Assembly: GCA_038065555.1 (NCBI GenBank)
Contig: JBBTQS010000001.1
Span: forward strand, 128,741-192,740
Length of the DNA: 64,000 bases
Reading direction: 5' to 3'
Source: Patescibacteria group bacterium
GTDB taxonomy: Bacteria > Patescibacteriota > Patescibacteriia > Magasanikbacterales > JBBTQS01
Shown: piece after piece, positions 45,957 through 55,969 of the stretch
Position numbering within the stretch: position 1 is the stretch's first letter
How the letters are laid out: every line of letters starts with the position of its first letter
The notes under the pieces: generated by a model
What the model saw: only the letters and a program-made list of their open reading frames with translations
Database searches by the model: none
Told to the model about the DNA's origin: nothing
Translations under genes and position numbers: made by a program

Positions 45957-48596
45957 CTAAACGTGAATTTCGATTGTCCCATTCTTGATTCCTACACGTA
46001 CTGATCCGGACTCAGTGAGACTCTGATCAATGATATGGCGCGCAATAGCGTCGCTCACTTCATGCTGAATCAGTCGGCGTAGTGGTCGTGCGCCAAAGTT
46101 CGGATCATATCCCTTCTTCGCCAAGTATTCGAGCGCTTCTAGGTCTACGGTGAGTGTGATTTTTTGCTCCTGCAGCCGGAGTGCGAGTTTCTTGATCTGC
46201 AAGTCTACGATTTCGCGAACTTGTGGTTCGGTAAGTGCGTGGAAAATAACCGTCTCGTCAACGCGGTTGAGAAATTCTGGCTTGAACTGTTCACGCAATG
46301 CACTGAGCACTCGCTCACGCATATGTGATTGCGCATCATCGGCTGTAGATTCTTTGCCAGTCGTATTGAATCCCAATCGTCCGCGCGATGCGAGGGAGAG
46401 GATATCGCTACTTCCGACATTACTCGTCATCACGATGATCGTGTTCTTGAAGTTCACCACTCGACCCTTTGCATCAGTCACGCGACCATCGTCAAGAATC
46501 TGCAACAAAATGTTGAAGATATCGGGATGTGCCTTTTCAATTTCGTCGAAGAGGATGACGGCATACGGACGTCGGCGGACGATTTCGGTGAGCTGGCCGC
46601 CTTCTTCGTAGCCAACGTATCCAGGAGGGGAGCCGATCATCTTGCTCGCGGTGTGACGCTCCATGTATTCACTCATGTCGAGTCTGATGAGCGCATTCTC
46701 GTCGTTGAACAAGAATTCTGCCAATGCGCGTGCAAGCTCTGTCTTGCCCACGCCCGTTGGTCCCAAGAAAATAAACGAACCCATCGGACGATTCGGCTCC
46801 GAAATTCCAGCGCGAGATCGGCGTACTGCGTTGGCAACTGCTGCGATCGCTTCTTGCTGTCCAACGACACGCTTGCCTAGCTCTGCTTCCATGGTGAGGA
46901 GCTTCTCAGATTCGTCGCGCAACATGCGCACCACAGGGATTCCTGTCCAGCGTGAGACAACGGCTGCAATGTCTTCGTCCGTGACTTCTTCTTTGAGGAT
47001 CTTGCGATCTTTTTGCACTTCAGCGAGCTTTTCCTGTGCGGTCTTGATCGCTTGTTCCATCATGGGGATTTTGCCATAGCGAATCTCGGCTACTTTTTGC
47101 AAATCACTCTGACGTTCTGCGATTTCTGCCTGTTGCTTGAGTGACTCGATTTGCTTCTTGTAGTCGCGAATCTTGGTAATAGATTCTTTTTCATTTTTCC
47201 AATGGAGTTCGAGTTCCATGGCCTGCTCCTTGATCTCAGCAAGATCCTTCTCGATTACCTGCAGACGCTCTTGTGAATCAGTGTCTAGTTCTTTTGCCAG
47301 TGCGCGCTTTTCTACCTCGAGCTTCACAATCTGTCGCTTGAGTTGATCGAGCTCGTCAGGCATGGAATCAATTTCCATGCGAATGGCAGAGGTTGCCTCG
47401 TCAATGAGATCAACAGCTTTGTCCGGGAGGAATCGGTCAGTGATGTAGCGCGCGGAGAGCTCTGCTGCTGCAACAAGTGCAGGATCGGTAATGCGTACGC
47501 CGTGGTGTACTTCGTACTTCTCCTTGATCCCACGAAGAATAGCAATCGTATCCTCGATGCTTGGCTCTGCCACCAGCACTGGCTGGAATCGACGCTCGAG
47601 CGCTGCATCCTTCTCAATGTACTTCTGGTATTCCTTGAGTGTTGTTGCGCCAATCATGTGGAGCTCACCGCGTGCAAGTGCTGGCTTGAGCAAATTCGCA
47701 GCATCAATTGCTCCTTCTGATCCACCAGCGCCAACAATGGTGTGCAACTCGTCCGCGAAGAGGATGATGCGACCCGCGGCATCAGTCACTTCCTTGAGCA
47801 CTGCCTTGAAACGCTCCTCGAATTCACCGCGGAATTTCGTTCCAGCAACGAGCGCGCCGATGTCGAGCGCAATGAGTTCTTTGCCCTTGAGACTCTCTGG
47901 AACGTCTCCTGCAACAATACGCTGTGCAAGTCCTTCAACGACAGCAGTCTTACCGACACCTGGCTCACCAATGAGTACTGGATTGTTCTTCGTTCGGCGC
48001 GTGAGCACCTGCATCACACGTCGAATCTGCATGTCACGCCCGATCACAGGATCGAGCTTTTCCTTGCGCGCAAGTTCGGTGAAATTCTTCCCGTACTTTT
48101 CGATTGCTTGATACGTTGCCTCTGGTTCGGGGGAGTCGACACGCTGTGAGCCACGAATATCTACAAGAACGCGCAACACGACATCATACGTGATCCCAGC
48201 ATCAGAGAGCTCATGCGAAAGCGCATTCTTGTGTGCCAAAAACGCCAAGAAGATGTGTTCGGTCGAAACAAATTCGTCCTTGAGTCGACGCGCTTCTTCG
48301 AGCGACTGTTGCAGGAGCGTTGCAACCTCCGGGCTCATATAGATCTGCCCGAGATTTCCCTGCGGCATTGTCTGTACCTCACTATGCTGATGCGTCTTCT
48401 TCGCAATCGTGGACTTGAAAGTAGCAAGAGGGACGTTCAATTTCTTAAAGATTGAAACCACCACACCGCCTTCTTGGTCAAGGAGCGCATAGAGGAGGTG
48501 ATGAAGCTCAATCTGGCCGTGCCCGGTCTCCGTTGCTATGGCAAAGGCACGCGTAATGGCTTCCTGAGATTTTGTGGTAAAATTGTGGGGAGTCAT
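45957..48596 (-). CDS. clpB: Chaperone ClpB
   Basis: Two AAA+ modules ([16 protein letters not shown]) and a long middle domain with AEIRYG. I saw no IGF ClpP-binding loop of ClpA type. Confidence 0.96.
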   Translation of the reverse strand: MTPHNFTTKSQEAITRAFAIATETGHGQIELHHLLYALLDQEGGVVVSIFKKLNVPLATFKSTIAKKTHQHSEVQTMPQGNLGQIYMSPEVATLLQQSLEEARRLKDEFVSTEHIFLAFLAHKNALSHELSDAGITYDVVLRVLVDIRGSQRVDSPEPEATYQAIEKYGKNFTELARKEKLDPVIGRDMQIRRVMQVLTRRTKNNPVLIGEPGVGKTAVVEGLAQRIVAGDVPESLKGKELIALDIGALVAGTKFRGEFEERFKAVLKEVTDAAGRIILFADELHTIVGAGGSEGAIDAANLLKPALARGELHMIGATTLKEYQKYIEKDAALERRFQPVLVAEPSIEDTIAILRGIKEKYEVHHGVRITDPALVAAAELSARYITDRFLPDKAVDLIDEATSAIRMEIDSMPDELDQLKRQIVKLEVEKRALAKELDTDSQERLQVIEKDLAEIKEQAMELELHWKNEKESITKIRDYKKQIESLKQQAEIAERQSDLQKVAEIRYGKIPMMEQAIKTAQEKLAEVQKDRKILKEEVTDEDIAAVVSRWTGIPVVRMLRDESEKLLTMEAELGKRVVGQQEAIAAVANAVRRSRAGISEPNRPMGSFIFLGPTGVGKTELARALAEFLFNDENALIRLDMSEYMERHTASKMIGSPPGYVGYEEGGQLTEIVRRRPYAVILFDEIEKAHPDIFNILLQILDDGRVTDAKGRVVNFKNTIIVMTSNVGSSDILSLASRGRLGFNTTGKESTADDAQSHMRERVLSALREQFKPEFLNRVDETVIFHALTEPQVREIVDLQIKKLALRLQEQKITLTVDLEALEYLAKKGYDPNFGARPLRRLIQHEVSDAIARHIIDQSLTESGSVRVGIKNGTIEIHV

Positions 48597-48605
48597 GTTG
48601 GTTGA

Positions 48606-48632
48606 TTAGCACTCGTTAGTCCAGAGTGCTAA
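48606..48632. promoter_or_regulatory. CIRCE element (HrcA operator)
   Basis: Exact consensus TTAGCACTC-N9-GAGTGCTAA, 9 nt upstream of the clpB start. Confidence 0.95.
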
Positions 48633-48636
48633 TATC

Positions 48637-48664
48637 AGCGTACCACACAGAATTACTACGTCAA
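48637..48664 (-). promoter_or_regulatory. Putative clpB promoter
   Basis: TTGACG-16 nt-TACGCT with TG extension, just upstream of CIRCE. Confidence 0.5.
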
Positions 48665-48674
48665 TAGTCCAAAA

Positions 48675-49403
48675 ATGCGCTTATTTAACATTGAATTTGC
48701 ATTCAAAAAACGTGCAGAAGCTTTAGAGGGGTACCGTCCATCGGGGAGGGAAGTACTGCATTGGGTTACACTTAATCCAGAGATGGCGCTTGCAGCCGCT
48801 GATGATCCAGAGCTGGCGAGTATTCTCGCGGGAGCGCCCCGTGTAGTTGCCGATGGCGTCGGATTGAGTTGGGTAGCCGTGGCAACGGGTCAGCCGCGTC
48901 CTGAGCGCTGCACAGGAGTGGAACTCGTAGAGCACTGGGCGCGGTCAGCGAACCGCATTTTTTTTCTTGGTGCTGGTCCAGATTCTAATATGGGAGCACT
49001 GGCTTGGTGTCGGTCGGTCAACCCCAAGGCAGAAATTGCGGGGACCGCTGCTATTTTTGTAAACAGTCTTGGGGAGTCTGCTGACACTCCTGCAGTACTT
49101 GCGCAAATCCAATCACTTCGCCCCGAGGTGATCTTTGTGGCACTTGGGCACAGCAAGCAGGAGAAGTGGATCCATAATACACTCTCGCAAATTCCTGGAC
49201 CGTGCGCAGTGATTGGCGTGGGTGGGTCCTTTGATACACTCTCTGGAGCTGTACGTCGTGCGCCTTGTTGGATGTCACGTGTTGGGGTAGAATGGCTATG
49301 GAGATTGTGTGTTGAACCCCAGCGTTTTTCACGTATTTGGAACGCGGTGATCATCTTCCCATTGCGCGCAATACGCTCGCACTTAACATCCCACATCCGA
49401 TGA
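48675..49403 (+). CDS. WecB/TagA/CpsF family glycosyltransferase
   Basis: TLNPE, ADGVG, VALG..KQEKWI, GVGGSFD, RAP and EWLWRL. Confidence 0.92.
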   Translation: MRLFNIEFAFKKRAEALEGYRPSGREVLHWVTLNPEMALAAADDPELASILAGAPRVVADGVGLSWVAVATGQPRPERCTGVELVEHWARSANRIFFLGAGPDSNMGALAWCRSVNPKAEIAGTAAIFVNSLGESADTPAVLAQIQSLRPEVIFVALGHSKQEKWIHNTLSQIPGPCAVIGVGGSFDTLSGAVRRAPCWMSRVGVEWLWRLCVEPQRFSRIWNAVIIFPLRAIRSHLTSHIR

Positions 49404-50899
49404 GTTCCAGCACTTCTGTTCGCGTTCGATTTGCGCCAAGTCCAACCGGTGAGTTACATATTGGGGGAGCCCGAACAGCGCTCTATAATTTTTTGTTTGC
49501 GCGCCATCATGGTGGCACGTTTATTTTGCGTATCGAGGATACAGATCGCGAGCGGTTTGTCGCGGGGAGCGATGTGCGTATTTTCACAGCACTCTCTGCA
49601 CTTGGCATGACGCCAGACGAAGGCGCGGTGCTCTCTGCCGATGGAACAACAATTGTTGACAAGGGCGAGTTTGGTCCCTATGTACAATCGCAGCGACTCG
49701 CGATCTACCGGTCACACGCAGACCATCTCGTGGCGCACGGTCTCGCGTATCCTTGCTTTTGTACTGAAGAGCGGCTCACGCAGTTGCGCGAGACACAGCA
49801 GTTGGCAAAAACCAAAACAGGCTATGATCGACAGTGTCGCACGATTGATCCCGCAGATGCGCAATCACGCATCACAGCAGGTGAGCGACATGTATTGCGC
49901 ATGGCAATGCCTACGGAGGGGACTGTGACGTTCACTGACGTCATTCGAGGAGCCATTACCTTTGCGTATGCAGAATCAGATGATTATGTTTTGCTCAAAT
50001 CAGACGGGTATCCCACATATCACTTCGCCAACGTGGTCGATGATCACGCAATGCAGATCTCACATGTGATTCGCGCAGAAGAGTGGATTAGCTCGACTCC
50101 CAAGCATATTGCGTTGTACAAAGCGTTCGGTTGGGATCACCCCACGTTCGCGCATTTGCCAATTCTCATCAATCCTGATCGCAGCAAGCTCAGCAAGCGT
50201 CAGGGAGATGTTGCGGCAATGGATTACCTCAACAAGGGGTATTTGCCAGACGCACTCATTAATTTCATTGCACTTCTCGGATTCAATCCACGAGGCGATC
50301 AGGAGGTGTACACCATCCAAGAGTTGATCGAGGGATTCAATCTCGAAAAAGTTGGCGCATCAAGCACCATGTTCTCCCACGAGAAGCTGGACTGGCTCAA
50401 TCGGCAGTATTTGCAGCGTCTTTCGGACGATCAATGGATCGAGTTGATTACACCGGTATTGCGTGCCAAGGGTTGTACTGATTTTTCGCCACGATTATTG
50501 CGTGCTGTGGTCGGTATCGAACGCGAACGTATGCAAAAGGTTGCTGATGCAGGGGAGGAGAGCGGATTCTTGTTCCGCGAAATCGTTATCTCAGATCCTT
50601 CAATGCTCGTGTGGAAGAAATCAACAGCAGATGCAACTCGTGATATTCTCGCGTCACTTAATGCATTCTTGGGCACTCTTGCGGATGAGTCGTGGGATGA
50701 TATTACAACGTTCACTACAGCAGTCGAAGCATGGATTACGCAGCAAAATCTTGCAAAAGGTGATGTGCTGTGGCCGATGCGCGTTGCACTCACGGGACTC
50801 GAACGATCACCAGATCCATTTCGCGTTGCTGTTGCACACGGCAAACAAAAATCACTTGTCCTTTTAGCACGTGCGTATGAACTCCTTTCCAAGGCGTAA
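49400..50899 (+). CDS. gltX: Glutamate--tRNA ligase
   Basis: RFAPSPTG, HIGG, RIEDTD and KLSKR. Confidence 0.97.
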   Translation: MSSSTSVRVRFAPSPTGELHIGGARTALYNFLFARHHGGTFILRIEDTDRERFVAGSDVRIFTALSALGMTPDEGAVLSADGTTIVDKGEFGPYVQSQRLAIYRSHADHLVAHGLAYPCFCTEERLTQLRETQQLAKTKTGYDRQCRTIDPADAQSRITAGERHVLRMAMPTEGTVTFTDVIRGAITFAYAESDDYVLLKSDGYPTYHFANVVDDHAMQISHVIRAEEWISSTPKHIALYKAFGWDHPTFAHLPILINPDRSKLSKRQGDVAAMDYLNKGYLPDALINFIALLGFNPRGDQEVYTIQELIEGFNLEKVGASSTMFSHEKLDWLNRQYLQRLSDDQWIELITPVLRAKGCTDFSPRLLRAVVGIERERMQKVADAGEESGFLFREIVISDPSMLVWKKSTADATRDILASLNAFLGTLADESWDDITTFTTAVEAWITQQNLAKGDVLWPMRVALTGLERSPDPFRVAVAHGKQKSLVLLARAYELLSKA

Positions 50900-52112
50900 A
50901 ATCTTTTTGCTCTTGCTTGTAGTGCTCGTGGGTCTTTTTGCATCTCCCATCACTCCGAGCATCACGCGGGTTTTTGCGGCAACGGATGAGGTGACAGCAC
51001 TGCAAAAGTCGATTGATGAGAAGAATGCGAAGATCAAAGAGATCCAGACCAAGATCGATAGTTACAAGAAGGTCATCGACAAGAAGAAGCTCGAGCGGGC
51101 GAGTCTCAACAACCAAGTTGATCTCATTACTAATCGCATCCAGAAGACACAGCTCGATATTGAGCAAACACAGCTACAGACAGAGGAGCTGACTCTCGAG
51201 CTCTCTGCAATCGAAATTACCCTCGAAGATACAGTGCAAAAGATTCGTGCCCAAGAGGTCTTTGTTGGTGCAATTTTGCGCAACATGCAGTCGCTTGACG
51301 CTCGCAACAGTGTTGAGGTGCTCGCTTCTGGCAAGAGCCTCACAGACTTCTTTGCGAATGTGCAACAGCACAAACAGCTTCAGCGCTCACTTGCAGATTC
51401 TACCCGGCTCCTGAGCAAGGCGCGTGCCGAGCTTGAAGCCACAAAAGTAGCAAAGGAGAGCAAGAAGCGCACCCTCTCACTTCTCGAAGAAGCATTGCAG
51501 GCCAAGAAGGAGTCCTTGTCAGGGGAGAAGAATGTGAAAAGTGTCTTGATCCAGGAGACGTCGTCTTCCGAAAAGAAATTCAACTCGCTCGTTGATAATT
51601 TGCGTCGTGAGTATGAGCGCACAGAGTCTGAAATCTCTTCTATCGAACGACAGATGCGCGCAAAGCTCGACAGTAAGTCGTTCGACGCCTCAACCCCACA
51701 GAATTTCACATGGCCAGTTCCGAGTCGCTACATCACAACGTACTTCCGTGATTCAGACTATCCGTATCGCCACGTATTCGAGCATTCAGGACTCGACATT
51801 CGAGCAGCACAAAAGACGCCGATCCGCGCTGCTAATTCTGGATTTGTAGCACGTGCGCAGCGCTGCAGTAGTTCATTGTGTTACTCATACACACTCATCG
51901 TGCACCAGAACCAAGTATCTACTCTCTACGGACACATGTCTTCGATCATTGTGAATGAAGGGGACTTCGTGACGCAGGGTGATATTATTGGCTATTCTGG
52001 AGGTACTCCTGGAACCGTTGGTGCAGGCCCGTTTGTAACTGGACCGCATTTGCACTTTGAGACGCGTGTGAATGGTATCCCGGTGAACCCACTTAATTAT
52101 GTTCAGCCTTAA
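50877..52112 (+). CDS. Coiled-coil M23 metallopeptidase (murein hydrolase, EnvC/CwlO-like architecture)
   Basis: Signal peptide, long coiled coil, intact HSGLD and HLH Zn ligands. Confidence 0.9.
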   Translation: MNSFPRRKIFLLLLVVLVGLFASPITPSITRVFAATDEVTALQKSIDEKNAKIKEIQTKIDSYKKVIDKKKLERASLNNQVDLITNRIQKTQLDIEQTQLQTEELTLELSAIEITLEDTVQKIRAQEVFVGAILRNMQSLDARNSVEVLASGKSLTDFFANVQQHKQLQRSLADSTRLLSKARAELEATKVAKESKKRTLSLLEEALQAKKESLSGEKNVKSVLIQETSSSEKKFNSLVDNLRREYERTESEISSIERQMRAKLDSKSFDASTPQNFTWPVPSRYITTYFRDSDYPYRHVFEHSGLDIRAAQKTPIRAANSGFVARAQRCSSSLCYSYTLIVHQNQVSTLYGHMSSIIVNEGDFVTQGDIIGYSGGTPGTVGAGPFVTGPHLHFETRVNGIPVNPLNYVQP

Positions 52113-52131
52113 TTTGTAGTCAATTTGTCCT

Positions 52132-52242
52132 ATGGCCGGAGCCAAAAAACCAGAGTATTCAGCATTCGTCTTTATTCTCCTGGTGTTCTACGGGCTACTT
52201 CTGTGGCTCGCAACATTCATCTGGAGTGCAATTGGCAACTAG
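52132..52242 (+). CDS. Small (36 aa) single-TM protein
   Basis: Manual translation MAGAKKPEYSAFVFILLVFYGLLLWLATFIWSAIGN. CTATG start context; terminator follows. Confidence 0.55.
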   Translation: MAGAKKPEYSAFVFILLVFYGLLLWLATFIWSAIGN

Positions 52243-52260
52243 GTGCAGACAAAATACGAA

Positions 52261-52294
52261 TACAAAAAAGCACCTGCAGAGGTGCTTTTTTGTA
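52261..52294. terminator. Bidirectional intrinsic terminator
   Basis: TACAAAAAAGCACCT-GCAG-AGGTGCTTTTTTGTA between convergent genes. Confidence 0.9.
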
Positions 52295-52302
52295 TCGAGT
52301 CA

Positions 52303-53580
52303 CTACTGTGCAGTATGTACGCGTGTACCAATCACCTTGGACTCAGTGTAGACCTCAGCATCGCCACCAACGATGAGCTGCTCTACAGCAGTGGTGAAGA
52401 TTTCTCCGTCCATTCGGTCAATGTCCATGTTCTCGAGGCCTTTGAGTACCACAGCGAACACTCGTTGACCACCTGAGACAACAGAGATATCGAGGAACGA
52501 GAACTTTTGTGTTTGGAGTCCATTGCGAATTGATGTGCCACCTGCAACGTTCTTGAATGTGACAACCGAGCCGAAGTCAACTGATCCTGGTGTGACGTCG
52601 ACGATCTCAATCGTTTTTGCAATCATGTCAGAGGCACTGTTAGCAGTCTCGAATGCAAACCACAGCTCCTGGATATGCTGCGTAGTCGCAGAATTGTTGT
52701 AGATAAAGAATCGACCCACTTCAATATTTTCCTTTCGCAGAGCGCCTTGTGTTGGAGCACCGGAGTGCGCTGCAATATAGAGATCATAGTATGTCACAAA
52801 CGTCCCAGACTCCTCGATGCGGTCCCTACCTTCGCTGTCAGCGATGGTGATGGTATATGCGTACTTGGAGCGTGGCGCAAGAGCACCGAGCGTAAAGGTG
52901 TGTGTGGTGTTCGCTGTTGTAGATTTGCGAGTGATCGTCTGTAGTGCTCCACCATCGATAGGGCGGTAGGAGAGAGTCACTGTAGAGGGTGCAGTGGTCT
53001 GCAGTCGAATATCACCTGCAGTCTTGCTTGTTGCGGTGAATGATCGTGACACAATATCAAATGCAACAGGCTCTTGCTCAACAGGTGGTGTAGATGTCGG
53101 TGTCTCGACCGGAGAAGCGGGGAGTGTGCCAACAATCTTGTAACTGGTAAAGAAGCCATCTGGGATGTCACGGACTTCGTTGAACTGCTTACCCAGTGCA
53201 AGGAATTCTTTTTCTGTTGGGATGGCGGTGAGCTCGAGGTCACCAGACACCAAATACACGGTAGGGAGTGACGGAGATTTTACGACACTACCAGTCTTGA
53301 AGCTCTTCACTCGTCGAACGGGGAGCGTTGCGAGTGTTTCGAGTGAGACAACTTTGACTGCTGCGAAGTTCTTGCCATACCAGGACTCGTAGACCGACTG
53401 CATTTGAAAAACAAGACGAGAGTCATCAGAACCAATTTCGTACACAGTAGAGGAGCCAGCTGTCTTCACCAGGTCGCCTGCGACTAACCCTTGAGCAACC
53501 TGTGCCGACGCGCTTTGCGGTGAGAGTAAGAAAGCAAGGGTCGCAAGGAGCAACAGAGGTCGTGAAGCAGATGTTCGCAT
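52303..53580 (-). CDS. Secreted surface protein: two ~60-aa repeats, Pro/Thr linker, FN3-like and beta-rich domains
   Basis: Signal peptide ending ASA; GDLVK..STVY and GSVVK..PTVY repeats; H.FTL..L.P...Y.Y FN3 signature. Confidence 0.75.
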   Translation of the reverse strand: MRTSASRPLLLLATLAFLLSPQSASAQVAQGLVAGDLVKTAGSSTVYEIGSDDSRLVFQMQSVYESWYGKNFAAVKVVSLETLATLPVRRVKSFKTGSVVKSPSLPTVYLVSGDLELTAIPTEKEFLALGKQFNEVRDIPDGFFTSYKIVGTLPASPVETPTSTPPVEQEPVAFDIVSRSFTATSKTAGDIRLQTTAPSTVTLSYRPIDGGALQTITRKSTTANTTHTFTLGALAPRSKYAYTITIADSEGRDRIEESGTFVTYYDLYIAAHSGAPTQGALRKENIEVGRFFIYNNSATTQHIQELWFAFETANSASDMIAKTIEIVDVTPGSVDFGSVVTFKNVAGGTSIRNGLQTQKFSFLDISVVSGGQRVFAVVLKGLENMDIDRMDGEIFTTAVEQLIVGGDAEVYTESKVIGTRVHTAQ

Positions 53581-53727
53581 AGATGGATCGTCCTTAATGG
53601 AGTCAGTATACACTAATTGGAGGAGCAAAGAAACAGTTTTTGGAACTGCGTATTATTGTGTCGCACAATATATCTTATACGACACCACAGGATCGCACTT
53701 CAAAAACCACAGGTCTTACTTTACAGC

Positions 53728-54744
53728 TTATTTGCGTAGAATTACTTCACCAGGCCGCCTGAGGTCTAGTTGTCGGTAGCTGGCAGCCTTCTCTAGACGC
53801 AGGTACTCATATAGCAGTTCATTCTGGGACTCAAACGAACTTCGCAGATCGTACCAATACGTAATTTCTGATCCGCCGCGGCGTGAGTCCAGGATAACAT
53901 ATCCGAGGCTATATGGATCACCGACAGGGTCGTACACCAGGTACTGGAGATCCTCGGGCAAGACCTGTCCTCTCTCTCGGTGGAGAGCAGATCTTGTTAG
54001 TGTCGTAAAATCTATGAACTTAGGGAAGAGGGTTGTTGCAATCGGTGACGTTCCAGAATCTGTTTCCCATGAGCGAAGTACAATTGCTGGTACACCGAGT
54101 TTCTTACTCTCCGACAGCAGTGATGCTCGAGCACTCACAGGCACGAGTGTTGTCACTGCAGCCACTACGGTTGATGTGGACGACGTAGCGCTTACACTTC
54201 CCTCCCCCATCTTCTGCGCCACAGGTGCTGCAGCTGTTGCGAGTTGTGTCACTGCACCTTGTGTGGTAATTCGCACAACACGTGTACCATAGAGCGCTAC
54301 AACACTGTCACTTTTTTCTACGAGCTGCACCTGGAGTGTATTTGGGAACTTCTTCACAACGCTGATGGACTGGAGTGGGAACCGCTCGCGAATAGTCGCC
54401 TCCAACTCCCCCGTCGAGAAGAGAAAGTAGTTCCCACGGAGTGACAGTGCACCGCTGCCGCGTATTTCCTGGAGCACTGCTTCGCGGTATTGCGCTTCAT
54501 TTTTTGTTTCACTTGCTTCAACGGAGAGGTGGCGAAGGAAGAAATATGGATGCCACAAAAGTAACGCCATCCAGCCGACCAAAATAAGTATCAGTACTCC
54601 TGTCAGAAAACGCGGCGTGCGCCACCATGGGAGTGCAGGAGCAACAAAACGATCTCGGACATAGACTTTCTCTGTGTCCGAGGCGTTCCAACTCCGTTGA
54701 TATCTATTACGCCGCTTGTTGCGGTTCCATACGTTCCCCTCCAT
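53728..54744 (-). CDS. ftsQ: FtsQ/DivIB-like cell division protein
   Basis: Basic N-terminus, single TM, POTRA-like segment ending KKFPNTLQVQLVEK, C-terminal LDLR. Confidence 0.65.
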   Translation of the reverse strand: MEGNVWNRNKRRNRYQRSWNASDTEKVYVRDRFVAPALPWWRTPRFLTGVLILILVGWMALLLWHPYFFLRHLSVEASETKNEAQYREAVLQEIRGSGALSLRGNYFLFSTGELEATIRERFPLQSISVVKKFPNTLQVQLVEKSDSVVALYGTRVVRITTQGAVTQLATAAAPVAQKMGEGSVSATSSTSTVVAAVTTLVPVSARASLLSESKKLGVPAIVLRSWETDSGTSPIATTLFPKFIDFTTLTRSALHRERGQVLPEDLQYLVYDPVGDPYSLGYVILDSRRGGSEITYWYDLRSSFESQNELLYEYLRLEKAASYRQLDLRRPGEVILRK

Positions 54745-55969
54745 AGTATGGTCGCAGCACCTCCGGGATCGTAACCGATCCGTCTTCGTGCTGGAAATTC
54801 TCAAGAATAGCGAGCATGGTGCGATCTGCCGTCACAGTGTTATTGAGTGCATGCGCAAGTACTGACTTACCCTCAGCGTCCTTCATGCGAATATTCAATC
54901 GACGTGTTTGGTAATCTGTTGTGTTGCTCGCGCTGCCGACTTCGCGATATCGATTCTGTCCTGGGAACCAGGCTTCGATGTCGATGGTCTTTGCACTTTG
55001 CGCACCTGTGTCACCGCTGCACAACTGCAATGTACGAAATGCAATACCAAGCGATCGATAGAAGTCACAAGAAATCGCAACCATTTGTGCGTGGTAGTCC
55101 CATGACTCAGATGGAGCGCACAATACGACCATTTCAACCTTGTTGAACTGGTGCACGCGCAAAATGCCTTTTGTGTCCTTACCATAGCTGCCAGCTTCAC
55201 GACGGAAGCATGGGGAATACCCAACATACTTGCGTGCGCCTTGCGCCAATGGAAGTGACTCGTCCGCGTGCATCGCCATGAGTGCCTGCTCTGAGGTACC
55301 GATCAAGTAGAGATTATCCTCACCTGGATTCACTGCGTACACTTCGTTGCGACCATTAGGGAAATACCCTGTTCCATAGAGCGCCTGCTCCCCCACAAGA
55401 ATCGGAGGCAACGTGAGTGTGAATCCGCGCTCCATCATGAAATCCATCGCGTAGTTCATCAGCGCTCGCTCGAGGCGAGCCACCGAACCACGCAAGTAAT
55501 AAAACCGCGATCCAGCAACCTTGGCACCACGCTCAATATCAATACCGTTGGCTGCTGCAATATCGAAGTGTTCCTTAGGCGTAAATGTAAATGTAGGAAT
55601 CTCACCTTCTTGGGAGAGCTCTACGTTCTGCTCCTCGCCAGGACCAACAGGTACGGACACATCGAGCACGTTTGGAATCGATGCTAGTAGCGCCTTGCGT
55701 TGAGCATCTGTTGCAGCAAGGGCTTCTTCGAGTGTTTGAATATGTGTTCGGAGCTCCTGGAGCGCGGCGATCTCCTCAGGTGAAGGCTTGGACTTGGAGC
55801 GTGCATTACGATCGCTACGTAGCTGATTAATCTCCGTGTCAGCAGCGCGCCATGTCTCGTCAAGCGCAACAATCTGCTCAACCACGGGGATGAGCTGTTC
55901 TTTGTTACGATGTCGAAGACTGGTAATCAAATCCTCCTTGCGTTCTCGAATGTAGATAGGATCAATCAT
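54707..55969 (-). CDS. serS: Serine--tRNA ligase
   Basis: IPN, LIGTSE, CFRREAGSYG, RVHQFNKVE and DYQTRRL. Confidence 0.97.
   Translation of the reverse strand: MIDPIYIRERKEDLITSLRHRNKEQLIPVVEQIVALDETWRAADTEINQLRSDRNARSKSKPSPEEIAALQELRTHIQTLEEALAATDAQRKALLASIPNVLDVSVPVGPGEEQNVELSQEGEIPTFTFTPKEHFDIAAANGIDIERGAKVAGSRFYYLRGSVARLERALMNYAMDFMMERGFTLTLPPILVGEQALYGTGYFPNGRNEVYAVNPGEDNLYLIGTSEQALMAMHADESLPLAQGARKYVGYSPCFRREAGSYGKDTKGILRVHQFNKVEMVVLCAPSESWDYHAQMVAISCDFYRSLGIAFRTLQLCSGDTGAQSAKTIDIEAWFPGQNRYREVGSASNTTDYQTRRLNIRMKDAEGKSVLAHALNNTVTADRTMLAILENFQHEDGSVTIPEVLRPYYGGERMEPQQAA

Noticed and set aside
53654-53713. Palindrome TATTGTG-TCG-CACAATA (partly NrdR-box-like) and a duplicated ACCACAGG
   Set aside because: Short, only a partial match to the NrdR consensus, and no nrd genes adjacent.
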